Positions 14,944 to 25,305 of a stretch of 28,011 nucleotides of DNA are shown piece after piece. The position numbers and the translations under genes are program-made. A model generated the notes under the pieces. It did no database searches. It worked only from the letters and a program-made list of their open reading frames with translations, and was not told the DNA's origin. Numbering within the stretch: the stretch's first letter is position 1; each line of letters starts with the position of its first letter. Origin of the DNA: Actinomycetota bacterium. GTDB lineage: Bacteria; Actinomycetota; UBA4738; HRBIN12. Location of the stretch: positions 1 to 28,011 of the forward strand of contig DATECH010000126.1 of the NCBI GenBank assembly GCA_035287005.1. The letters run 5' to 3'.

Positions 14944-16191
14944 ATGGCGACCATCGAGACCGTCTTCGACCCGACCACCGTCCGCGAGCGGTTCCCAGCC
15001 CTGGCTCGCAAGGCGCCGGACGGTCGGCCCTACGTGTGGGCGGACGCGCCCGGGGGCTCCCAGATGGTCGACACCGCGATCGCGGCGGTCACCGACCGCA
15101 TGCGGGCGGGCGCGTCCAACACGCACGGCGCGTTTCCGCTGAGCGTCGAGATCGACGCGCTGATCGACGACGCGCGGCGGGCCGGCGCCGACTTCCTCGG
15201 CTGCGATCCGGGCGAGGTCGTCTTCGGCCAGAACTCCACGTCGCTGTTGCTGCATCTGTCGCGCGCGATCGGGCGCACCTGGGGACCGGGCGACGAGATC
15301 GTCGTCACCCGATTGGACCACGACGCGAACGTGCGGCCCTGGGTGCTGGCCGCGCGCGACGCCGGCGCCACGGTCCGCTGGGTCGACGTGCGCGAGGACG
15401 ACGTGACCCTGAACCTCGACACCTTCGACGCGGCACTCTCCGATCGCACCAGGCTCGTCGCGTTCACCCTGGCCTCCAACGCCGTCGGCACGATGCCGCC
15501 GGCGGCGGATCTGACGGCTCGCGCCAAGCAGGTGGGTGCGTTGGTCGCGGTCGACGGCGTCCACGTGTCCCAGCATCACGCGATCGACCTGCGCGGGATC
15601 GGCGCCGACATCGTCGCCACGTCTCCCTACAAGTACTTCGGACCGCATCAGGGGATGCTCGGCGTTCGCGCAGAAGTGCTGGCGGCGCTCGAGCCCTACA
15701 AGCTCCGCGCCGCCCCCGATGACGATCCCGGCCGCTGGGAGACCGGCACTCAGAACCACGAGGCGCTCGCGGGAACGATCGCGGCGATCGACTACATCGC
15801 CGGCATCGGCGGCGGCCCCGATCGGCGCTCGGGGATCCTCGCGGGGTTCGCGGCCTTCGACGCGCACGAGCGCACGCTAGCCGGCCGCTTCCTCGACGGC
15901 GTGGCCCGCATCGGCGGCGTGCGCGTCTACGGCATCACCGACACGGCCCGCATCGGTGACCGCACGCCGACGTTCGCCCTGCGGGTGGGCTCGCAGCATC
16001 CGCTCGACACCTGCGCGGCCCTTGCCGAGCGCGGCGTCTTCACCTGGGACGGGCACTACTACGCGATCGAGGTGTTCGACCGGTTGGGGTTGCTGGATAC
16101 CGGCGGCGCGGTGCGTATCGGCTTCTGTCACTACCACACGATCGACGAGGTCGATCGCGTCCTGGAGGCGCTCACGCAGCTCGCGGGCTGA
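14944..16191 (+). CDS. Cysteine desulfurase-like class V PLP enzyme (TIGR01976/VC1184-type)
   Basis: DAPGGSQ, FGQNSTSL, LDHDANVRPW, ASNAVGT, VDGVH, PLP lysine SPYKYFGPH, ETGTQNHE. The SufS-type GxHCA loop reads WDGHYYA (no Cys). Confidence 0.87.
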   Translation: MATIETVFDPTTVRERFPALARKAPDGRPYVWADAPGGSQMVDTAIAAVTDRMRAGASNTHGAFPLSVEIDALIDDARRAGADFLGCDPGEVVFGQNSTSLLLHLSRAIGRTWGPGDEIVVTRLDHDANVRPWVLAARDAGATVRWVDVREDDVTLNLDTFDAALSDRTRLVAFTLASNAVGTMPPAADLTARAKQVGALVAVDGVHVSQHHAIDLRGIGADIVATSPYKYFGPHQGMLGVRAEVLAALEPYKLRAAPDDDPGRWETGTQNHEALAGTIAAIDYIAGIGGGPDRRSGILAGFAAFDAHERTLAGRFLDGVARIGGVRVYGITDTARIGDRTPTFALRVGSQHPLDTCAALAERGVFTWDGHYYAIEVFDRLGLLDTGGAVRIGFCHYHTIDEVDRVLEALTQLAG

Positions 16192-16244
16192 CCGAGTGCC
16201 GAGCCGGTACCATCAATGCATCCCCTGCACCGAAGGGTCCACAC

Positions 16245-17405
16245 ATGCGCATCCTCATCCTGGGCGGCGACGGGTACCTGGGCTGGCCCACCGCGATGCG
16301 GTTCTCGAACCGCGGTCACGAGGTCCACGTCGTCGACAACTACCTGCGCCGCCGTGCACACACGGAAGCCGGCACCGATTCCCTGACGCCGATCGCACCC
16401 GACCTGCCGACCCGTGTCGCGACATGGCACGAGGTCACCGGGCGCACGATCGGCGTGACCGAGGGCGACCTGTGCGACTGGCCGACCGTGGAGGCGACGT
16501 TCCGCGACTTCCGGCCCGAGGCGGTCGTGCACTACGGCGAGATGCCGAGCGCGCCGTACTCGATGAAGGATCGACACCACGCCGTGTTCACACAGACCAA
16601 CAACGTCGTGGGGACCCTGAACGTGTTGTGGGCGATGCGCGACCTCGCGCCCGACTGCCACTTGGTGAAGCTCGGCACGATGGGCGAATACGGCACGCCC
16701 AACATCGACATCGAAGAAGGCTACATACAGATCGTGCATAACGGCCGCACGGACTACCTGCCGTTCCCGAAACTGCCGGGTTCGATGTATCACCTGTCGA
16801 AGGTGCACGACAGCAACAACATCCACTTCGCCTCGCGCGTGTGGGGCCTGCGCGCGACCGACCTCAACCAGGGGGTTGTGTACGGCATCCAGACCGAAGA
16901 GACGCGACTGGACGACCGGCTCGCCACGCGCTTCGACTACGACGACGTGTTCGGCACGGCGCTGAACCGGTTCTGCCTCCAGGCGGTGATCGGTCATCCG
17001 CTGACGGTGTACGGCAAGGGCGGGCAGACACGCGGCTACCTCAATATCATCGACACGCTTCGCTGCATCGAGCTGGCCGTCGAGCATTCGGCCGACGTTG
17101 GTGAGTACCGGGTGTTCAACCAGTTCACCGAGTCGTTCTCGGTTCTGGACCTCGCCGAGCTCGTGCAGAAGGCCGGTGCCGAGTACGGGATCGACGTCAC
17201 GATCGACGAGGTGCTGAACCCTCGTGTGGAGCTCGAGGAGCACTACTACAACCCGACCCACACGAAGCTTCTGGACCTCGGCCTGCGACCGCACCTGCTG
17301 TCGACCGAGCTCGTCGAGTCGATGTTCTCGGTGATCGAACGGTTCCGCGATCGCGTGGTCGCCGACCACATCCTGCCTCGCGACCGCTGGCGCCCGGCGC
17401 AGTGA
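16245..17405 (+). CDS. sqdB: UDP-sulfoquinovose synthase-like NAD-dependent epimerase/dehydratase (SqdB/SQD1/Agl3 family)
   Basis: GGDGYLGWPTA, DNYLRR, SAPYSM, VKLGTMGEYGTPNIDIEEG, YHLSKVHDS, RATDLNQGVVYG, RFDYD..FGTALNRF, RVELEEHYYN. SD GAAGGG; -10 TACCAT about 30 nt upstream. Confidence 0.88.
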   Translation: MRILILGGDGYLGWPTAMRFSNRGHEVHVVDNYLRRRAHTEAGTDSLTPIAPDLPTRVATWHEVTGRTIGVTEGDLCDWPTVEATFRDFRPEAVVHYGEMPSAPYSMKDRHHAVFTQTNNVVGTLNVLWAMRDLAPDCHLVKLGTMGEYGTPNIDIEEGYIQIVHNGRTDYLPFPKLPGSMYHLSKVHDSNNIHFASRVWGLRATDLNQGVVYGIQTEETRLDDRLATRFDYDDVFGTALNRFCLQAVIGHPLTVYGKGGQTRGYLNIIDTLRCIELAVEHSADVGEYRVFNQFTESFSVLDLAELVQKAGAEYGIDVTIDEVLNPRVELEEHYYNPTHTKLLDLGLRPHLLSTELVESMFSVIERFRDRVVADHILPRDRWRPAQ

Positions 17406-17412
17406 GCGCACC

Positions 17413-18459
17413 GTGACGACCGTCCGCATCCTGGGCGTCGTCGCCGCCGTCGCCTTCCTGTTCCTGGCGGCACGTGCCTACGATCGACGGCACATCAGCC
17501 GGCGCAGCCTGCTGATCGTCGGCGGCCTGGCCGTCCTCATGGTCGTGCTCGCCCTGCGGCCCTCGGTCTACGGGCCGGTGTTCGGGTGGTTCGACATCGC
17601 TCCCGGCAACGAACGGCGTGCCCTGTTCGCGGCGATCGTCGCGATCATCACGCTGTTCTTCCTCGTCTTGCGCGTGCAGTCCGAGGGCGACACGAACGAA
17701 CGAACGATGCGACTACTGGTCGAGGCGCTGGGCCGCGAGCGTTTCGACTGGGAGCGTGCCGCCACCCTGCCGGAAGGTCGGCGGCTGATCGTCGTCATCC
17801 CCGCGTTCAACGAGGCGGGAAACGTCGGGCCGGTCGTTCGCTCGCTGCCCGAGCATCTCGGCGGCATGCGGGTGATCCCCCTGGTGGTCAGCGACGGGAG
17901 CACCGACGGCACCGCCGAAGAGGCTAGACGCGCGGACGCGCTCGTTACCGAGCTGCCGATCAACCGCGGAGGCGGGTTGGCGTTACGCGTCGGCTACGAG
18001 ATCGCCCTGCAGCTCGGCGCGGAGATCGTCGTGACGATGGATGCCGACGGTCAGCACCTCGCCGGCGAACTCCCCACGATGATCGCGCCGCTGCTCGCCG
18101 GCGAGGCGGACTACGTGAACGGCTCGCGGTTGCTCGGCGACTTCGAGCGCGACAGTCTGATCCGTCACATCGGCGTCCACGTATTCTCCCGCATCGTGTC
18201 GATCCTCACCGGACGGCGCATCACGGACCCGTCCAGTGGCTACCGTGCCGCGCGCGCAGACCTCCTGCATCGCTTGGTATTGGAGCAAGACCAGTTCTGG
18301 ACGAGCGAGATCCTGATCGAGGCGCTGCGTCACCGCGCGAAGGTGGTCGAGGTGCCGGTGACGATCGTGGCGCGGGCCAGCGGCACCACCAAGAAGCCGC
18401 GATCCCTTCGCTACGGTTGGAACTTCTCCAAGGTGATCATCCAGACCTGGCTTCGATGA
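17413..18459 (+). CDS. Fusion: N-terminal DUF2304-like membrane domain plus GT2 polyprenol-phosphate glycosyltransferase (DPM1/PpgS-like)
   Basis: About 110 aa with three hydrophobic segments ending in LLVEALGRE, then IVVIPAFNE, VSDGSTDGT, NRGGGLAL, TMDADGQH, VNGSR, ITDPSSGYRA, VEVPV. Confidence 0.82.
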   Translation: MTTVRILGVVAAVAFLFLAARAYDRRHISRRSLLIVGGLAVLMVVLALRPSVYGPVFGWFDIAPGNERRALFAAIVAIITLFFLVLRVQSEGDTNERTMRLLVEALGRERFDWERAATLPEGRRLIVVIPAFNEAGNVGPVVRSLPEHLGGMRVIPLVVSDGSTDGTAEEARRADALVTELPINRGGGLALRVGYEIALQLGAEIVVTMDADGQHLAGELPTMIAPLLAGEADYVNGSRLLGDFERDSLIRHIGVHVFSRIVSILTGRRITDPSSGYRAARADLLHRLVLEQDQFWTSEILIEALRHRAKVVEVPVTIVARASGTTKKPRSLRYGWNFSKVIIQTWLR

Positions 18460-18477
18460 GCGCGGCCGACGGCGCGT

Positions 18478-19212
18478 TCAGATCCGGTCGAGCCGACGTT
18501 GCAGCTCCGTCGCGAGCGACCGCTCGCGACGGAACTTCTTCCAGTCGCTGCTCTTGGTGCTCAGGGTGATGTCCGTCACGATCTGGAACACCCCGAGCGC
18601 GAGCAGCGTCCACGCGGCCCACGCCGGCGCGTTCGTCGCGGGCCACAGCGCGAGCCCCACGAACGGCGCAAGCTTGGTGGCGATCGCGCCGCTCGCGTGG
18701 AACCAGGCCCGCATCGACGGTTCCGCACGCAGGTAGGTGGCGTAGTCGGTCTTGATCCCAGGCCGAGGCGGCGGCGGGCCTCCGAGAAAGGCGTCCGTGT
18801 AGCGGATCCCTGCCAACCAGCCGACGAACGCGTGCGCGGGCAGGTGCCACCCGACCGACCAGGCGGCGCCGGCGCCGAGCAAGGCGAGGCCTGCCCAGGC
18901 TCCGCTCCATGTGCCCGCCAGCACGACCCCGACGACCCCCACCACCGACAGCAGCAGCATCGCGAGGACCCCGACCCAAGGTCGAACACGGGTTCGGACC
19001 CGTGCGCGGAAAGCCTCGGTGTCGATGCGCCCTGCCTGGTCCGCGTAGCGTCCGATCGCCACGCGGTCCCGCTTGATCACAGCGACCGCTCGCCAGAACC
19101 CCAGCCCGCGCAGATCCGTGTCGCCGCCGTCAACGGCCGCCTCGATGCGCTCCAGCTCCCGGCCGACGTCCCGGATCGAGGTTTGCTCCGGAGTTGGTCG
19201 TAACGGCTCCAC
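18478..19212 (-). CDS. Hypothetical membrane protein with M50 peptidase-like motifs (HxxxH without Glu)
   Basis: GTG at 19212 after SD GAGGAGG. TM helices, WHLPAHAFVGWLAGIRYT..FLG, RAWFHASGAIATK. Confidence 0.75.
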   Translation of the reverse strand: MEPLRPTPEQTSIRDVGRELERIEAAVDGGDTDLRGLGFWRAVAVIKRDRVAIGRYADQAGRIDTEAFRARVRTRVRPWVGVLAMLLLSVVGVVGVVLAGTWSGAWAGLALLGAGAAWSVGWHLPAHAFVGWLAGIRYTDAFLGGPPPPRPGIKTDYATYLRAEPSMRAWFHASGAIATKLAPFVGLALWPATNAPAWAAWTLLALGVFQIVTDITLSTKSSDWKKFRRERSLATELQRRLDRI

Positions 19213-19291
19213 GGTTCGGGCCCTCCTCGGGGCTAGGATTCCTCTCGACGCGCTCCCTCCCTGGTCCGAGCGCTTCCCCGACGGGAGGTCG

Positions 19292-21169
<1,878 letters not shown>

Positions 21170-21172
21170 CGG

Positions 21173-21796
21173 CTATCTCTCGAGCTCGGCGCCGGGCCCC
21201 TCTTGGTAGCTGTAGCGCTCCTCCGCGAAGGGCTCCGCGTGGATGTGGTAGCCCCGCACCTCCCAGAACCCACGGACGTTCTTCGCCGAGAACTCCAGGC
21301 CCGTCAACCATTTCGCGCTCTTCCACGCGTAGCGCTTGGGCACGACCAGGCGTAGCGGCCAGCCGTGTTCGGGCGTGAGGTCCTCGCCGTCCTTGCGCCA
21401 GGCGACCAGGACGTCGTCATCGTCCATCGCCTCCAGCGAGAGGTTCGACGTGTACCCGTGGGCGCAGTGCGCGATCACCCACGTCGCGTCGGCCGTCGGC
21501 CGCGCCGTCTCCATCAGTGTGCGGAACGACACGCCCTCCCAGTCGTTGTCGAGCTGGGACCAGCCCGTCACGCAATGCATGTCGGCGTGCACCGAGGTGG
21601 TCGGCATCGCGCGCAGCTGCTCGTAGGTCAGCGTGAACGGCTCCTGGACCAGCCCGAACACCTCGAGATCCCAGTTGGCGCCGTCGAAGCTCGGGATCGG
21701 CCCGTAGTGCAGCACCGGCCACGTCTTGACCAGGCGCTGGCCGGGTGGCACCCGGTCGGCGATCTCGGACGGATAGCTCTTTTGGAACAGGCTCAC
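21173..21796 (-). CDS. Sulfite oxidase-like molybdopterin-dependent oxidoreductase (YuiH/MsrP-like, no signal peptide)
   Basis: RVPPGQ...[16 protein letters not shown] (Mo-ligating Cys), [31 protein letters not shown] overlaps the ltaE stop (GTGA); SD GAAGGAGG. Confidence 0.9.
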   Translation of the reverse strand: MSLFQKSYPSEIADRVPPGQRLVKTWPVLHYGPIPSFDGANWDLEVFGLVQEPFTLTYEQLRAMPTTSVHADMHCVTGWSQLDNDWEGVSFRTLMETARPTADATWVIAHCAHGYTSNLSLEAMDDDDVLVAWRKDGEDLTPEHGWPLRLVVPKRYAWKSAKWLTGLEFSAKNVRGFWEVRGYHIHAEPFAEERYSYQEGPGAELER

Positions 21797-22857
21797 GAAG
21801 CCTCCTTCGCTGCATCGGCCGCGATCGCTCGCCATGCGTCGATCGCCGTACCGATACCCTCGTCGTCCACATCGACGTGGGTCACCATGCGGACGCCCCG
21901 AGGGACGGGAACGGCCCCCACGCCGGCGGCCGCGAGCCGGTCGAGCACCTCGTCCGACCGCAGCCCCACGGCATCCGTGTCCACGAAGACCATGTTCGTT
22001 ACGACCCGATCCAGCGCGACACTGCCGGGCAGGAGTTCCTCGACCGATTCCCCGAGACGCCGGGCACGGGCGTGGTCCTCGACGAGGCGCTCCCGACCCG
22101 CGTCGAGCGCGACGAGCCCCGCGGCGGCCATGATGCCGGCCTGTCGCCAGGCCCCGCCGTACAGGATCCAGATGCGCCGGGCCTCGCGGATCATCTCGGC
22201 CGGGCCGCAGATCATCGAGCCGATCGGCGCACCGAGACCCTTGGAGAGGCAGAACATCATCGTGTCGACCTGCGAGGTCCACGCCGTGACCGGCTCCCCG
22301 GTGGCGGCCGCGGCGTTCCAGGCGCGAGCGCCGTCCATGTGGACGGGCACGCCGGCGCCGTTCGCGATCGCCCGGACACGCCGAAGCTCACCGGCCGGCA
22401 GGATCGTCCCGCCGTACGAGCCGACGGTGTTCTCCACCGACAGCAGGTCGAGGATCTCCACGTCGAAGTAATCGTCGGGCTCGAGGAGTCGCTCGGCCAG
22501 CGCCGCGGTCATGTAGCCGTGCGGATGGTCGGTGCCCGTACGGAACGAGATGCCCGCCAGGTTGGCGCTCGTCATGACCTCGGTGGTGGCGACGTGAGCG
22601 CCCTCCTCGGCGGCCACGAGATGCCCCTGTCCGCTGATGTGCAGCCGCAGGCCGATCTGGTTTGCCATCGTGCCGGTGGCCACGTAGAGGGCGGCCTCCA
22701 TGCCCGTGAGCTCCGCGGCGCGCTCCTGCAGCCGGTTCACGGTCGGGTCATCGCCGTACCAGGCGTCCCCGACCTCGGCCGCGGCCATGGCGGCGCGCAT
22801 CGCGTCCGAGGGCGCGGTGACGGTGTCGGAGCGTAGATCGACGCGTGGTGAGGGCAC
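21793..22857 (-). CDS. ltaE: Low-specificity L-threonine aldolase
   Basis: [42 protein letters not shown] lysine [20 protein letters not shown]. Probably leaderless: TAGACT(22870-22865)-N7-GTG. Confidence 0.9.
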   Translation of the reverse strand: MPSPRVDLRSDTVTAPSDAMRAAMAAAEVGDAWYGDDPTVNRLQERAAELTGMEAALYVATGTMANQIGLRLHISGQGHLVAAEEGAHVATTEVMTSANLAGISFRTGTDHPHGYMTAALAERLLEPDDYFDVEILDLLSVENTVGSYGGTILPAGELRRVRAIANGAGVPVHMDGARAWNAAAATGEPVTAWTSQVDTMMFCLSKGLGAPIGSMICGPAEMIREARRIWILYGGAWRQAGIMAAAGLVALDAGRERLVEDHARARRLGESVEELLPGSVALDRVVTNMVFVDTDAVGLRSDEVLDRLAAAGVGAVPVPRGVRMVTHVDVDDEGIGTAIDAWRAIAADAAKEAS

Positions 22858-22892
22858 GGTCGAGAGTCTAATGGGGAGGTCGCGGCCGGGAC

Positions 22893-24041
22893 TCAGTACA
22901 GGAACATCGGCTTGCCGTCCACGTGCCGGATCTTCGGGCGGTAGGCCTCGGCGTCGTAGAGGGACTGCGCGTCCACTCGCTTGACCCCCTGACCCACCAC
23001 CGTCAGTGGCACGTTCGCGTAGTTCCCGTTGCGAAGCGCAACGAGCCTCCCGAACGCGCCCTCGACGATCAGATCGGTGGCCATGACCGCGTAGTTGATC
23101 GCCACCATCAGATCGAGCGAATCGGGGGTCCCGGATCGCATCAGATAGCCGATCTGCTGGTAGATCATGTCCTGGCCCGTCCGCTGCTTGAGCAGCTCGC
23201 TCGTGACCTGGCCGATGCCACCCAGCTTCCGGTGGCCGTAGGCATCCTCCTCGCCGTCGAGGACCATCTCGCCGTCGACGAGCGAGGCACCCTCGCTGAT
23301 CGTCATCATCGCGTAGTTGCTCGGGTTGGCCCGCTTGTCGGCCATCAGTAGCTCGGCCAGCCGGTCGATATCGAACGGCACTTCGCTGATGATGGCCCGG
23401 TCCACACCCGACAGGTACGCCGACACCAGCGATGTCTCCCCGCTGTAGCGACCGAACACCTCCACCACCGCCAACCGCTCGTGGGAGCCGGCGCTCGTGC
23501 GTAGTTGATGCACGAAATTCACCGTGCGAGTGATGGCGGTGGAGAATCCGATGCAGTAGTCGGTCCCGTGCACGTCGTTGTCCATCGTCTTGGGGATGGC
23601 CACCACCGGCACGCCCTCCTCGTGCAGCCGCAGGGCGAACGACAGCGTGTCGTCGCCTCCGATCGGGATGAGGGCGCCGATCCCCAGCCGCTCGATCACG
23701 CGCAGCACGTGCCCGGTGTGGTCTCGCGGGCCGTCGTCGGTCCGGCCCTCACTGAGGAACGGCGGTTCATCGGCGGCCTTCACCTTGGCCGGGTTCGTCC
23801 GAGACGTGTGGAGGAACGTCCCACCCGAACGGTCGATCGTGCGCACCGCGGTGGGATCCAACACCTCGGTGCACACGTGCACCGACAACGGGTTCTCGGG
23901 GTCGATCTCCAGCAAGCCTCCCCAGCCGCGCCTGATCCCCACGACCTGGTGCCCCTCGGAGGCCGCGCGCCCGACGACCGCCTTGATGCAGGCGTTCAAG
24001 CCGGGAACGTCGCCGCCGCCCGTCAAGATCCCGATCTTCAT
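22893..24041 (-). CDS. pfp: Phosphofructokinase, predicted PPi-dependent
   Basis: [22 protein letters not shown], donor-specificity motifs GGDDT and PKTMDND (Asp104/Lys124 type). Probably leaderless: TAGGCT(24054-24049)-N7-ATG. Confidence 0.85.
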   Translation of the reverse strand: MKIGILTGGGDVPGLNACIKAVVGRAASEGHQVVGIRRGWGGLLEIDPENPLSVHVCTEVLDPTAVRTIDRSGGTFLHTSRTNPAKVKAADEPPFLSEGRTDDGPRDHTGHVLRVIERLGIGALIPIGGDDTLSFALRLHEEGVPVVAIPKTMDNDVHGTDYCIGFSTAITRTVNFVHQLRTSAGSHERLAVVEVFGRYSGETSLVSAYLSGVDRAIISEVPFDIDRLAELLMADKRANPSNYAMMTISEGASLVDGEMVLDGEEDAYGHRKLGGIGQVTSELLKQRTGQDMIYQQIGYLMRSGTPDSLDLMVAINYAVMATDLIVEGAFGRLVALRNGNYANVPLTVVGQGVKRVDAQSLYDAEAYRPKIRHVDGKPMFLY

Positions 24042-24078
24042 GCCGCGAAGCCTACGACGCTCCAGGCGAGCCGTACGC

Positions 24079-25095
24079 TCACTCGCACAGCACTTCGGGG
24101 ATCCGCCACAGCTCGGGGGGCAGCGTCTTGGTTCCCTGCACCTCGGCGATCGGCGTCGGATCGATCTTCGCGCCGTGGATCCCGATCACGGAGCCCCATC
24201 GCCGGGCGAGCGCCTCGTCGACGGCGGTGCGACCGAGCCGTGTCGCGAGCACGCGATCGAACGCGAGGGGTGAGCCACCGCGCTGGACATGGCCGAGCAC
24301 CGTCACGCGCGTCTCGAAGCCCGTACGACGGCCGATCTCCTCCGCCACGACGGCGCCGACGCCTCCCAGGCGCGGGTACCCGTTCTCGTCCAGCGCGTAG
24401 TCGGGGATCGGCATCGACCCGGGCACCGGAAGCGCCCCTTCCGAGACGACCACGATCGAGAACGGCCTGTGCAGCGCGTGCACCTCGCGGATCCGCCGGC
24501 ACGCGAGATCGACGTCGAACGGATGCTCGGGCACCACGATCACGTCCGCGCCCGTCGCCACCCCCGCCGTGTACCCGATCCACCCCGCGTGACGGCCCAT
24601 CACCTCGCACACCATGACCCGGTTGTGGCTCTCGGCGGTGCTGTACAGGCGATCGATCAGGTCCGTCGCGATCTGCGCGGCCGTTTGGAAACCGATGCTC
24701 GCATCCGTGCCCCGGATGTCGTTGTCGATCGTCTTGGGGATGCCGATCACGGGCACATCCAACCTGGCGGCCTCGCCGATCGTCCCCTCTCCGCCGATCA
24801 CGATGAAGCCCTCGAGCCGGTGCACCTCGAGGGCCTCGCGCACCTTGGCAACGCCCCCGTCGACGCGATGTGGCTGCGTGCCGCTGGTCCCCAGGATCGT
24901 GCCGCCCCGCGGCAGGATCCCCCGGACATCATCGCTGGTGAGCTCGTCGGCGTGCCCCTCGAGAACGCCGCGCCATCCGTCGCGGAACCCGACCAGCGTG
25001 CACCCTCGCTCGCCGTTGCCGTGGCGCACCACCGACCGGATGGCGGCGTTCAGACCGGGGCAGTCGCCCCCGCCGGTCAGGACTCCCAGGCGCAT
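24079..25095 (-). CDS. pfkA: 6-phosphofructokinase, group III, predicted ATP-dependent
   Basis: [26 protein letters not shown] and PKTIDND (Gly104/Lys124 type), [17 protein letters not shown]. Probably leaderless: TAGGGT(25108-25103)-N7-ATG. Confidence 0.9.
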   Translation of the reverse strand: MRLGVLTGGGDCPGLNAAIRSVVRHGNGERGCTLVGFRDGWRGVLEGHADELTSDDVRGILPRGGTILGTSGTQPHRVDGGVAKVREALEVHRLEGFIVIGGEGTIGEAARLDVPVIGIPKTIDNDIRGTDASIGFQTAAQIATDLIDRLYSTAESHNRVMVCEVMGRHAGWIGYTAGVATGADVIVVPEHPFDVDLACRRIREVHALHRPFSIVVVSEGALPVPGSMPIPDYALDENGYPRLGGVGAVVAEEIGRRTGFETRVTVLGHVQRGGSPLAFDRVLATRLGRTAVDEALARRWGSVIGIHGAKIDPTPIAEVQGTKTLPPELWRIPEVLCE

Positions 25096-25155
25096 GGCAG
25101 GCACCCTACCGGACGGGTCCGCCTGCTCCCGGGGGACGCCGGGTAGGATGACTTC

Positions 25156-25305
25156 ATGCTCGCCCGGTTGCTCCCCGAACACATCGGGATCCTCGAGGGG
25201 ATCTTCCTCGCCGGCCTGCTCGGGCTCACGGCGATCGTCGGGATCTTCGCGCTCTACGTGGTCGGCCAGCAGTTTCGCAACCCCGGCCGTCCGCAGCGCC
25301 GCTAG
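25156..25305 (+). CDS. Small 49-aa single-pass membrane protein (unannotated)
   Basis: TAGGAT(25144-25149)-N6-ATG leaderless arrangement. Translation: MLARLLPEHIGILEGIFLAGLLGLTAIVGIFALYVVGQQFRNPGRPQRR*. Strong GC3 codon bias; a TM helix followed by an Arg-rich tail; fills the gap between pfkA and arcC. Confidence 0.8.
   Translation: MLARLLPEHIGILEGIFLAGLLGLTAIVGIFALYVVGQQFRNPGRPQRR

Noticed and set aside
14944-16191. SufS/IscS Fe-S cluster cysteine desulfurase
   Set aside because: The catalytic loop Cys is absent (GHYYA) and no suf/isc genes are adjacent.
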